From positions 90,001-122,000 of the forward strand of contig DXJG01000001.1 of assembly GCA_019056805.1 (NCBI GenBank): a stretch of 32,000 nt of DNA, read 5' to 3'. A program made the position numbers and the translations under genes. This document shows, in pieces, positions 1 to 8,399 of the stretch. The notes under the pieces are model-generated. The model saw only the letters and a list, made by a program, of their open reading frames with translations, searched no databases and was not told the DNA's origin. Source of the DNA: Candidatus Baldrarchaeota archaeon. Its GTDB lineage: Archaea; Asgardarchaeota; Baldrarchaeia; Baldrarchaeales; DXJG01. Numbering within the stretch: position 1 is the stretch's first letter; each line of letters opens with the position of its first letter.

Positions 1-1107
1 AATTTTTTCTTCGTTGTAATCTGTAATTACACGAGTATAACCCTTTAGTTCCCTATCTAGGTTCTTATCACCTGTATCAACTCTTAGGCAACTTATTGTA
101 GAGAGCTTATATTTAGTTGCTATAACAATAATATTTTGTATACCAGCTTCCCTAATAACTCTCGGACTTATTTGCTGATTTCCCCTACCAAAAATAAATC
201 CTTGATTTCCAATGGGCGTCACAATAATTTTAGCTTTTTTCCCTCTTATTATTTTCAGTATATCCCTTTCTCCTACGTCTCTTGCAACTATTTTTCCATT
301 CTTTATTATATCCACACCAAGTAAAGTTTTTTCAATACCAAAAAGATCCGCAATGGCTTTAACTGTTGTTCCTGGACCTAATATATAAATAACATCTGGC
401 TCCATGTTCTCAACAACATATTTTGCTATAGCTAATTTATTTTCTTCCTCTTCATTTGTAAGGGGACCGGCAGTTTTTACACCTTGTACAAGTTCAGGTT
501 CATATGGAACTAAAAGATATCCCTTTAATTTTGCGGATAACATACCAGCTCTAAAAGCATCTTCATCAATATCCATAACTTCAGCTTGTCTCAAGGGTAG
601 TCCTTCAGTTAAATATTTAATTACAACTTCTGCTGCTGCTCTTGGATTCACTGCAAATACAGCGCTGTGCATTTTCACCCCCGTAGGTACACCTATAACA
701 GGGATGGTGGTACCAATAGCTTCGTATATATCGCAAGCAGTACCATCCCCACCGCAAAACATGATCAGCTCTACTTTCAATTTTTGCATTTCTTTTGCCG
801 CTCGTCTAGTGTCATCCGCTGTGGTTTTTCCAGGAACTATATTCCCAATAACGACTGGTGAAAAACCTACATTTTTTGCTTCGTTTTCCCCCATGTCATG
901 AGGGTAAGTAATCAGTTCTAAATGATCTTTTATTTGCAATAGAATTTCTAAGGTTTCCTCGGCTCTTTGAGGAGCAACAGGTTTCGCGCCAAGTTCTATG
1001 GCTTTTTTTAAAATTTCTTCTCCGTCTGTACCCTTTAAACCTACAATTCCTCCCATACCAGCTATGGGATTAACGATAAATCCCAGTTTCCAAACTTTTT
1101 TCTCCAC
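1..1107 (-). CDS. ATP-NAD kinase family protein (COG3199-like), 3' end runs off the window
   Basis: Manual translation from GTG at 1107 is open to position 1: VEKKVWKLGFIVNPIAGMGGIVGLKGTDG ... FCGGDGTA (NAD-kinase GGDGT motif) ... GVPTGVKMHSAVFA ... QGFIFGRGNQQISP. Absent from the ORF track because there is no stop in the window. Confidence 0.85.
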   Translation of the reverse strand, partial: MEKKVWKLGFIVNPIAGMGGIVGLKGTDGEEILKKAIELGAKPVAPQRAEETLEILLQIKDHLELITYPHDMGENEAKNVGFSPVVIGNIVPGKTTADDTRRAAKEMQKLKVELIMFCGGDGTACDIYEAIGTTIPVIGVPTGVKMHSAVFAVNPRAAAEVVIKYLTEGLPLRQAEVMDIDEDAFRAGMLSAKLKGYLLVPYEPELVQGVKTAGPLTNEEEENKLAIAKYVVENMEPDVIYILGPGTTVKAIADLFGIEKTLLGVDIIKNGKIVARDVGERDILKIIRGKKAKIIVTPIGNQGFIFGRGNQQISPRVIREAGIQNIIVIATKYKLSTISCLRVDTGDKNLDRELKGYTRVITDYNEEKI

Positions 1108-1235
1108 AATTCGCGATCTCCAAGAGTTTTCTATAATTCATTACAGCTAAATAATTAAATCAGAAATTTTTAATAAGTGTTAAAGTAGTACAGTTTCGAT
1201 GTTCAAAATTAACATTTTCACTGGGGCCGAATGAA

Positions 1236-4200
1236 ATGACTGAAAAAGTGAAGAAGTTCGGAAGTTTATTAAAATCGTTAATTACTATACCCAGAGCAAA
1301 AGTTAGAAAGGATAAAGTAATTTTATATCTCTCACTTACATTAATATTCTTCTTTGCTCTACTAATAAGAATTTATCCGTACTTTTCTTATGGTGTTGTA
1401 CTTAAGGCATTTGACCCGTGGTTTCAACTAAAATCAACTTTGTATATAATAAGTCACGGCTTTTCCGCTTGGCTTAACTGGGTCGAAAAACCTCCAGATA
1501 TATCTACATGGTACCCCTATGGCCGAAATATGCCTAAAACATCTTTCCCAGGAATACCATGGACAGCAGCAACTCTGTATTTCATACTTAAATTCTTAGG
1601 AGTAGAAATAGATCCAGTAACACTTTGCTATTTCTTCCCAGCTATCATGGGAGCGCTGGCATCAATTGCGATGTACTTTTTCGCCAAAGAATTAACAGAT
1701 AGTATAAAAACGGGTCTACTTTCAGCATTCTTTCTTGCTTTTATCCCGGGATACGTTCAACGTACAACTGCAGGATTCTTTGACAATGAAGCGATAGGCA
1801 TTTTACTCATAATATTATCACTTTACTTCTTTGTAAGATCCCTAAAAAGAGAATCCGTATTATCAGGAATTATGGCAGGGCTATTTCTAGGATATCTCTC
1901 AGCCAGCTGGGGTGCTTATTTATACGCGTTTGATTTACTAGCAGTCTACGCATTACTTCTTCTTATTTCACGTAGATATTCTAGATCGCTACTTCTATCC
2001 TACACCACAACAGTCGGTCTCGGTCTCTTTATAGCGACAAGAATACCCAGACTCGGACCGAGTATACTAACTAAGACAGATCTACTTCCATCTTTAATCA
2101 TGTTAGTAGTATTACCTGTTTACGAAGGGGCCCCCCTAGTATATAATTCCCTAATAGTCAAGCGAATAAGGGAAATTAAAATATCAAAAAAAGCACTTGG
2201 ATATATATCGCTGTTAACAATCGTACTTATCTCTTCATTATTTACCTATTTATGGTATATCGGTTTATCTCCCTTGATCATTTTACAAAAATACTTCAAA
2301 CCCATTAGCGGAAAATTTTTAACGGTACTAAACCCTCTTTATAGAGAAAAGACGCGTATAATAGCTTCAGTAGCGGAGCATGCAGCGACATCGTGGGCAG
2401 AATTCTATTTTAACTTAAATGTTCTTTTGTTTGTTTATCCTCTTGGAATATATTTTTCATTTAAACGATTAAAAAATGAAGATATTTTCTTAATAATTTT
2501 AGGACTAACAGCTACGTATTTCGCTGGATCCATGATAAGATTAATATTAATACTTTCACCGGTAGTTTGTCTCCTTTCGGCATACGCGATTGATCAAATA
2601 CTATCTCCATTTGTAAATGTGTTAAAAGAAGTACGTGAGGGCATGCCTTTAGCAAGGCGTAAAAGAGCTAGAATTTCTGGTATAGTTGGTTCAGAGTATA
2701 CGGTTATAACTTTAGTTTTCGTAGCATCACTACTTATCATTGCAACATGGTATGGAGCATACATTTCATCAAAATATATGGCAGCTGCAGAAATGTTGCC
2801 TAATGGGGAGCCAGATTGGCAAGAAGCACTGATGTGGATGAAATATAATCTACCAGAAAACACTGTAATAGCTTCCTGGTGGGACTATGGTTACTGGATA
2901 AATACGGTAGCAAATAAAACCACCATAGTTGATAATGCGACACTTAATAGTACCCAAATAGCATGGATAGGTGCAGCATTCGCACTAAATGAGACAGAAG
3001 CAGTAAAAATATATAAACGATATAATGTAACGCACGTATTAGTGTTCTTTGGATACTGTATTCAAGGACTAGGTGGAGATGAATTTAAATGGCCATGGAT
3101 GGTTAGAATCGCCGAGGATCATTTTCCAGAACTAGTGAATGAATCTCTCTATGGAGATATCACTAGCCCAACAGATACGTTCTTTAACTCAACTATTTAC
3201 AAATTACTATTTTACAGAGAACCAGATCCCGAACCGAACAAATATCGTGACAGCCTGATAAACTTTATGATAAGATATAGATATTTAGCATATTACAGGG
3301 ATCCTTATGGCCAAATTCCAGACGTCGATCCTCAACACTGGGCACTATTCGAAAAAATATTCAAACCAACATATCTTTCAAGCAACCGTTTTGTCAAAAT
3401 ATTTGAGGTAAATTACAGCATTTTAGAAGCCCGTATGGAAATATCAGATGCCAATCTGTATAATAATGGTCTTTGTATCGTAACAATAAATAATACTGGA
3501 ATTCATGACCTCCGACTTTCAAAAATCTATGTAAACGGTGAAAACTATGACTTTGAAATAGTAAAAGGAAGCGAAACAATAAACCCGAATGAAACAGTAG
3601 AAATTGTTGTAGACACCGAAAGAGAGTGGTCGATAGGTGACAACGCGACAATTAAAGTTGTAGCAAAGGTCATAGAGTATCCTGGCTACAAAATATCAAC
3701 ATCTACGAACGTTACAGCTACGGAAGCCCCCAAGATACTTCTTGTCGTAGACGAAGAGGCAACTATAATTTATGACAATGGTATAGGTTTTGTTAAAGTT
3801 AAAAATGTTGGAGAGTTCCCCGTTACAGTCGATTCAATTACGGTAAATGCAACAGAAACCTCATTTACGGCGATTAACGGAAGCATGACAATTTTACCAC
3901 AAAATGAAACATTGTTCGTTATCGATTTAGGTTTTAATGAAACTACTAAATTAACAAGTTCGATAACGACTGTTAATGTAACTTATCATCCTACTGGAGC
4001 CCCCAAGAAATTAATAACGGCGATTATTAACGCCACTGTTACAGCAACTCCACCTCTTCTTCTCAATATTGAAAGTGCAACAGCTTATACCAACGGAATC
4101 GTAACCATAACAGTTAGCAATCCAACAAACCTATCTATAAAAATCAGCGGTGTCGCTATTAATGGTACTAATTACAGCTTCGAAATAATTAACGGCAGTG

Positions 4201-4643
4201 CCACATTAAACAAAGATGAAATTACAGTGCTTAAAGTTAGTACTGGAGTATACTTTAATGTTTCACAGATTGTTAACGTTACCGTTTACTACCACTTTAG
4301 CTATGTATCAAGATGGGCAAACGAAACATCAATGACAAATATAGCTATAGTACCATATGCTAACATAACAGCAGAAGCATATCAAGATGGAACTGTAATT
4401 ATAACGATTACAAATCTCGGAATAGAGCAATTAGAGATATTAGCAATCAAAATTAATGGAACACTCTGTAACTTTACAATAATTAATGGCTCAACTACTT
4501 TAAATCCAGGAGACTCAACAACATTACAACTTAATTACACGGCAATATCTGGCATACAACTCGCTATAGGCGACAAGTTGGTTATAAAAGTTGATTTCGT
4601 AGAGGGATACACCCTAGAAGAAATCGTCGTAGTTAAATCATAA
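1236..4643 (+). CDS. aglB: Oligosaccharyltransferase catalytic subunit AglB/STT3 with a repeat-containing C-terminal extension
   Basis: Multi-TM N-terminal region with FDPW, YPYGR, GFFDNEA and SVAEH; soluble domain with SWWDYG, DNATLNST and DEFK (DxxK) motifs. Confidence 0.96.
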   Translation: MTEKVKKFGSLLKSLITIPRAKVRKDKVILYLSLTLIFFFALLIRIYPYFSYGVVLKAFDPWFQLKSTLYIISHGFSAWLNWVEKPPDISTWYPYGRNMPKTSFPGIPWTAATLYFILKFLGVEIDPVTLCYFFPAIMGALASIAMYFFAKELTDSIKTGLLSAFFLAFIPGYVQRTTAGFFDNEAIGILLIILSLYFFVRSLKRESVLSGIMAGLFLGYLSASWGAYLYAFDLLAVYALLLLISRRYSRSLLLSYTTTVGLGLFIATRIPRLGPSILTKTDLLPSLIMLVVLPVYEGAPLVYNSLIVKRIREIKISKKALGYISLLTIVLISSLFTYLWYIGLSPLIILQKYFKPISGKFLTVLNPLYREKTRIIASVAEHAATSWAEFYFNLNVLLFVYPLGIYFSFKRLKNEDIFLIILGLTATYFAGSMIRLILILSPVVCLLSAYAIDQILSPFVNVLKEVREGMPLARRKRARISGIVGSEYTVITLVFVASLLIIATWYGAYISSKYMAAAEMLPNGEPDWQEALMWMKYNLPENTVIASWWDYGYWINTVANKTTIVDNATLNSTQIAWIGAAFALNETEAVKIYKRYNVTHVLVFFGYCIQGLGGDEFKWPWMVRIAEDHFPELVNESLYGDITSPTDTFFNSTIYKLLFYREPDPEPNKYRDSLINFMIRYRYLAYYRDPYGQIPDVDPQHWALFEKIFKPTYLSSNRFVKIFEVNYSILEARMEISDANLYNNGLCIVTINNTGIHDLRLSKIYVNGENYDFEIVKGSETINPNETVEIVVDTEREWSIGDNATIKVVAKVIEYPGYKISTSTNVTATEAPKILLVVDEEATIIYDNGIGFVKVKNVGEFPVTVDSITVNATETSFTAINGSMTILPQNETLFVIDLGFNETTKLTSSITTVNVTYHPTGAPKKLITAIINATVTATPPLLLNIESATAYTNGIVTITVSNPTNLSIKISGVAINGTNYSFEIINGSATLNKDEITVLKVSTGVYFNVSQIVNVTVYYHFSYVSRWANETSMTNIAIVPYANITAEAYQDGTVIITITNLGIEQLEILAIKINGTLCNFTIINGSTTLNPGDSTTLQLNYTAISGIQLAIGDKLVIKVDFVEGYTLEEIVVVKS
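3435..4640 (+). repeat. Four tandem ~100-aa beta-rich protein repeats in the AglB C-terminus
   Basis: Units start at about 3435, 3729, 4050 and 4353. Shared consensus is roughly Y-x-NG-x3-(I/V)-x-(I/V)-x-N-x-G...(I/V)-x2-I-x-(V/I)NG...F-x-I(I)NGS-x-T(L/I)NP-x-E. Confidence 0.85.
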
Positions 4644-4654
4644 TAATACAATTT

Positions 4655-4834
4655 TTATTCACTTTTTGATTTTAATAGTTCACGTTTTAACTTTCTTCTA
4701 TATTCACCGTAGGGATCAAGAGGAGAAAATTTAGGCGGATAAGGAGACTTAAGTGGTCCACCACAATATGGACATTTATCTCGCTTTAAAGTGTATCTCC
4801 CACATTTTTGACATTTCCACAAAAGTTTCCCCAA
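4655..4834 (-). CDS. nop10: H/ACA RNP protein Nop10
   Basis: KCQKCGRYTLK...CPYCGG...PPKFSPLDPYGEYRR is the Nop10 signature. Start placed at TTG 4834, downstream of an AGGTGA SD (ORF track starts at 4843). Confidence 0.93.
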   Translation of the reverse strand: MGKLLWKCQKCGRYTLKRDKCPYCGGPLKSPYPPKFSPLDPYGEYRRKLKRELLKSKSE

Positions 4835-4839
4835 GATGT

Positions 4840-5643
4840 TCACCTAGACTCTCTTTTAAACTCTCCTTCTCCCCCTTCTTCTTTGATAAGACTTAATGCA
4901 GTGTCTACTACTTTCTTTAGCACTTCCTCAGCAGTGCCCCAATCTTTAGCCTCTACTTCAACTTTCCACCTCGGAGTCCCAGCCAAGTAAATGTCTATTT
5001 TTACGCCATCTTTTTCGCTTTTACCGGCTTTAATAGCTTCTTTCAATGTTTTTTTAATTATTTCTACTCCATTCGGTTTTGTGCATTTTAGTGTAAGTAT
5101 ACCAGAAATTTTTACTTTCGGAATTTCAACATACATTTTAGCAAGTTCAGTTAGTACTTTTGCCCATTTTTCATCCAATCCTGCCTTTAAGAGTGCAGTT
5201 TCTCCTTCTTCTAATGCAGCTTCAAATCCTGCATATATTTCACCAAATGCATCTTCCATTTTCCAACCTGCTTCTTCATAAGCTTCATCAAGAGTTTTTC
5301 CAAGCTTTTCAGCGGCTAATAGAAGTAGGTTTTCAGCTTTCTGTGCTCTTTTCCATTCAGAAATCTTCTGTCTTCTCCACTGATCTGTTACTCGCCTTAA
5401 AGACAAATCTATGTGACCTTTAACCTTATCCACTCTTAAAACTTTAGCAACCACCTTTTGTTTCTCTCTCACGTAATCTCTGATATTTCGAACCCATGTA
5501 CTTGAAACTTCGCTAATGTGAATGAATCCCTCTTTCTCGTTATATTCATCAAGCCTAACATAAGCTCCATAGGGTTCAACACGAACCACTGTTCCAATTA
5601 CTATATCACCAACTTCAGGCCATTCTTGTCTCCTTTTTACCAT
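4840..5643 (-). CDS. eif2a: Translation initiation factor aIF2 alpha subunit
   Basis: WPEVGDIVIGTV S1 domain, EGFIHISEV, KGHIDLSLRRV; GGAGG SD upstream. Confidence 0.97.
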   Translation of the reverse strand: MVKRRQEWPEVGDIVIGTVVRVEPYGAYVRLDEYNEKEGFIHISEVSSTWVRNIRDYVREKQKVVAKVLRVDKVKGHIDLSLRRVTDQWRRQKISEWKRAQKAENLLLLAAEKLGKTLDEAYEEAGWKMEDAFGEIYAGFEAALEEGETALLKAGLDEKWAKVLTELAKMYVEIPKVKISGILTLKCTKPNGVEIIKKTLKEAIKAGKSEKDGVKIDIYLAGTPRWKVEVEAKDWGTAEEVLKKVVDTALSLIKEEGGEGEFKRESR

Positions 5644-5709
5644 TATTCTTCCTCCAACAATGCGATCATAAATTTAAATAAGACAATACAAATGTCTGTG
5701 TGGAGTAAG

Positions 5710-5762
5710 ACTTGAAAAATATTAAGATTACTATGACTAATCATTATTAATATTTCTCAAGT
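5710..5762 (-). other. Long imperfect stem-loop in the rps27e-aIF2alpha intergenic region
   Basis: 5710-5725 pairs with 5762-5747, with one A/C mismatch that is a G-U pair on the minus-strand RNA. After a 4-nt bulge, 5726-5730 pairs with 5742-5738 around a 7-nt loop. Confidence 0.55.
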
Positions 5763-5844
5763 ACAGACTAGATTCTTTCTAACAGTATCTTAGAATTAGT
5801 GTGAAAAGAATTTAAACATAATTGTAATGTCGGTTGTCAACTCA

Positions 5845-6042
5845 TTACCCAAGTACTTTAATTATTTTGGCTTGTATTTTTGCTTTTCCTCCACTAGGCA
5901 CAGCTAGTATACGATTACAAACTAAGCATCTAACTTTAGTACTTGCACACCCAAATATTATCTGTTCGTTACCACAATCGGGACATGAAACTTTAATGAA
6001 TCTCGATCTTGGTTCCGGAACCAATGCATCTTTTCGACCCAT
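5845..6042 (-). CDS. rps27e: 30S ribosomal protein S27e
   Basis: [20 protein letters not shown]...[16 protein letters not shown] zinc ribbon. Confidence 0.97.
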   Translation of the reverse strand: MGRKDALVPEPRSRFIKVSCPDCGNEQIIFGCASTKVRCLVCNRILAVPSGGKAKIQAKIIKVLG

Positions 6043-6162
6043 TGTGAACCCTCACTCCGTAATATTCCTTCTACATTAAAAGTTTTTTTTGATTTAAAAT
6101 TTGTGTTGTTTCATTTTAAGTTGTTTAGAAGTTATATGATGGATTAGATTAAAAGTAAGGGA

Positions 6163-6438
6163 CTATACAAGTTCTATACTTTTCATTCTGATTCCTTTTT
6201 TGTGGATGATATATCCACATTCTCTACATTTTAGTTTTAGTGTTTGTTTTTTCGTTGCTTTAACTAACTTTTTCTGTATCGGCTTCGGTTGCGAACCGTA
6301 TCCCTTTTTCTTTCTGTCATACCTTCTCCTTCCTTGGGACATTTCTCTTTCAGGGCCCTTTTTGTATAGGGATACCGAATGAAGAGTGTACGTATTGCAT
6401 TTTGGACAATAGGTTCTTATCTGCTTTGGAACTTTCAT
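6163..6438 (-). CDS. rpl44e: 50S ribosomal protein L44e (eL42)
   Basis: MKVPKQIRTYCPKC...GYGSQPKP...LKLKCRECG. Confidence 0.97.
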   Translation of the reverse strand: MKVPKQIRTYCPKCNTYTLHSVSLYKKGPEREMSQGRRRYDRKKKGYGSQPKPIQKKLVKATKKQTLKLKCRECGYIIHKKGIRMKSIELV

Positions 6439-6457
6439 CTGTGGTCTCCTCTTTCTA

Positions 6458-6545
6458 GTTGAAATTTACATATCTCACAATAAACTTTCCCTTTTAACCT
6501 TTATCCCAAGATTCATAGTGATAATGAAGGTTGAAATTTACATAT
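6458..6545. repeat. Perfect 16-bp direct repeat GTTGAAATTTACATAT (6458-6473 and 6530-6545) upstream of rpl44e
   Basis: Read directly from the sequence; period 72 bp; flanks dissimilar. Confidence 0.8.
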
Positions 6546-6571
6546 GGTTTAAGTAATAGAGCATATACTGG

Positions 6572-7147
6572 TCATACTTTTATTATTTTTGCCTTATTTC
6601 TTTTTATCAATGTTTCCACATTTTTTGACGGTAATACGACAATGTCTCCTTTCTTAAAAGGACCGTAAACTTTCATATCCGTTCCAACAATAGCTGGCAG
6701 ATTTTCAAGAATTCTCACAGCAATCTTTTCTTTCTTAAACTCGTCTATTTTTATACTTCTTAACTCCTTTTCTATTTCACCAATAATCTTTCCTTCCAGG
6801 ATATTAGAAATAAACATAAAATAGTTCTTTAGAGAATCAATTAATGGCTTAAAGTACTTTTTTTCCACTGGATTCAATTGAACCTCGACAGTTTCGTCCT
6901 TTCTCAATATGCTTTTTAAAATTTTTTCTAAACGTAAAATACATAAGTCCTTAATCATAAACTGAGCATTTTTCAGCTCTGATTCTATAATTTTGGATTC
7001 TATACGACCTAAATTTTCATTGTTAAGCCCTTTTCTAAGCGTGTTAATATATCTACTTAGTTCTTCGTAAAAACGTGGAGGCAAGCCCTGTAAACTCTTG
7101 TTTTCAATCTCTTTGAGCCATATCGCATACAGTTTTTCATAATCCAT
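6572..7147 (-). CDS. gins51: GINS complex subunit, Gins51 (Gins15) type
   Basis: Helical A domain (LQGLPPRFYEELSRYI) followed by C-terminal B domain (VRILENLPAIVGTDMKVYGPFKKGDIVVLP); canonical position after priS. Start moved to MDYEKLY at 7147. Confidence 0.88.
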   Translation of the reverse strand: MDYEKLYAIWLKEIENKSLQGLPPRFYEELSRYINTLRKGLNNENLGRIESKIIESELKNAQFMIKDLCILRLEKILKSILRKDETVEVQLNPVEKKYFKPLIDSLKNYFMFISNILEGKIIGEIEKELRSIKIDEFKKEKIAVRILENLPAIVGTDMKVYGPFKKGDIVVLPSKNVETLIKRNKAKIIKV

Positions 7148-7148
7148 T

Positions 7149-8399
7149 TTACGACAACTCCGCAATATTCTTAGCAAGCAGAAAAACAACAGCAGAAAGA
7201 GGGAGTTCCACCTTCTCATCCTCTTGGTATGGTCCAAATACTTCTTCTCCAATCCTAAATTCGGGGCAATAATCTCTAAAAATTACTTCTTTCTCACCCT
7301 TAAAAACTACGGCATCTTTAAATGGATCAAATTTCTCGATCTCCGCAACTGAAATTGGAATTACCTTAAACCCCGTTGAGCCATGCAAACTATATTCGAG
7401 TCTAATAAGTCTGTGTACATCTATGCTTACAGGTTCATCTACCTGGGCGGAAGATAGTTTTATCGCTACTGAGGCAATTTTTTTCCAAATAGAGATCCCT
7501 ATGCCCTGTAAAATATCCCATCTAGGAGGGATAGTACTCAAAGCCTTTATAACCTTCTCCTTATTGTTTAGCAATATTTCTATTTTATTTCTTTGTATTC
7601 CAGCATCTCTAAGAATACTTTCTATATTATGACTTGAAAAAAGCTTAATTATAGATTTTACCAGACGGCCACCCCAACCCTCAGTGTTAAGATCAGGACC
7701 AACAATAGATTTACGCCCTCCAACAGAAATTTCAACCAAACCTAGGTTTTCCACCCTCACCCCAGTTCCTGAAACATAGTCAACAATTTCTCTTCTTCCT
7801 TCACTACTTAATTCTCTTACTGTTTCACTGTACACGTGTATATGGTAACCACGATGTCCTGAGTAAACAATTTTTACCTCCTCTTTCGATATACCGAAAT
7901 CACTAAAAAGGAAATCTAGAAGTTTGAATAGCTCATCCTTTGCAGAATTGAGGCATTGATCACATATCCATGTGATTTCATCAATAACAGTTGATTTACA
8001 ATTTGGACACTGATCAGGTCTTTTTCCTAAGCCTTTTGCACCACAGTTGGTACATACCCATTTATCATGGGTTTCTTTACATTTAGTAACTAGATGATCG
8101 GCGTCAATGTCGAATATTAAATCAGCACCTAACCAACCTTTTCCTTCCATATTTTGCGCTTCCGGGTCTAAATAGTAAGCTGCAGATCTATATGCATTTT
8201 TTGGGACATTTTTTCTAAGAAACATTAAAAATTCTGACCGATTATAAAAAGTCTTATGTCTAATCATACCTTCCTTAGTCCAAAGCATAAAGCCGAATTC
8301 TCTTTTACTAAACTGAGGTGGTGTGGGGATATCGTTTTCCTTGTAATAAGCACCAAAGAGGCTTTTCAAAAGCAAAATGGATTTCGCTCTACTTTTCAT
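7149..8399 (-). CDS. priS: DNA primase catalytic (small) subunit
   Basis: ADLIFDIDAD, YSGHRGYHIH and VDEPVSIDVHRLIRL motifs. Start moved to MKSRAK at 8399. Confidence 0.96.
   Translation of the reverse strand: MKSRAKSILLLKSLFGAYYKENDIPTPPQFSKREFGFMLWTKEGMIRHKTFYNRSEFLMFLRKNVPKNAYRSAAYYLDPEAQNMEGKGWLGADLIFDIDADHLVTKCKETHDKWVCTNCGAKGLGKRPDQCPNCKSTVIDEITWICDQCLNSAKDELFKLLDFLFSDFGISKEEVKIVYSGHRGYHIHVYSETVRELSSEGRREIVDYVSGTGVRVENLGLVEISVGGRKSIVGPDLNTEGWGGRLVKSIIKLFSSHNIESILRDAGIQRNKIEILLNNKEKVIKALSTIPPRWDILQGIGISIWKKIASVAIKLSSAQVDEPVSIDVHRLIRLEYSLHGSTGFKVIPISVAEIEKFDPFKDAVVFKGEKEVIFRDYCPEFRIGEEVFGPYQEDEKVELPLSAVVFLLAKNIAELS

Noticed and set aside
136-901. Plus-strand ORFs 136-324, 404-901 and 667-861, and the many similar short antisense ORFs in the track
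   Set aside because: Shadow frames opposite well-supported genes, with no motifs.
5643-5744. 33-codon upstream ORF whose TAA overlaps the aIF2alpha ATG
   Set aside because: No SD, no protein-like features, and it overlaps the predicted aIF2alpha promoter and hairpin; probably chance.
6458-6545. Mini-CRISPR reading of the GTTGAAAT-starting repeat with a 72-bp period
   Set aside because: Only two copies, only 16 bp identical, no ATTGAAA(G/C)-like 3' end, and no cas genes in the window.
7148-7252. ORF-track N-terminal extension of Gins51 (likewise PriS to 8453, TFS to 11152, HdrC to 29407, FwdF to 31080)
   Set aside because: The extensions overlap upstream genes in other frames, and the downstream starts fit homology, tight gene spacing or SD position better.
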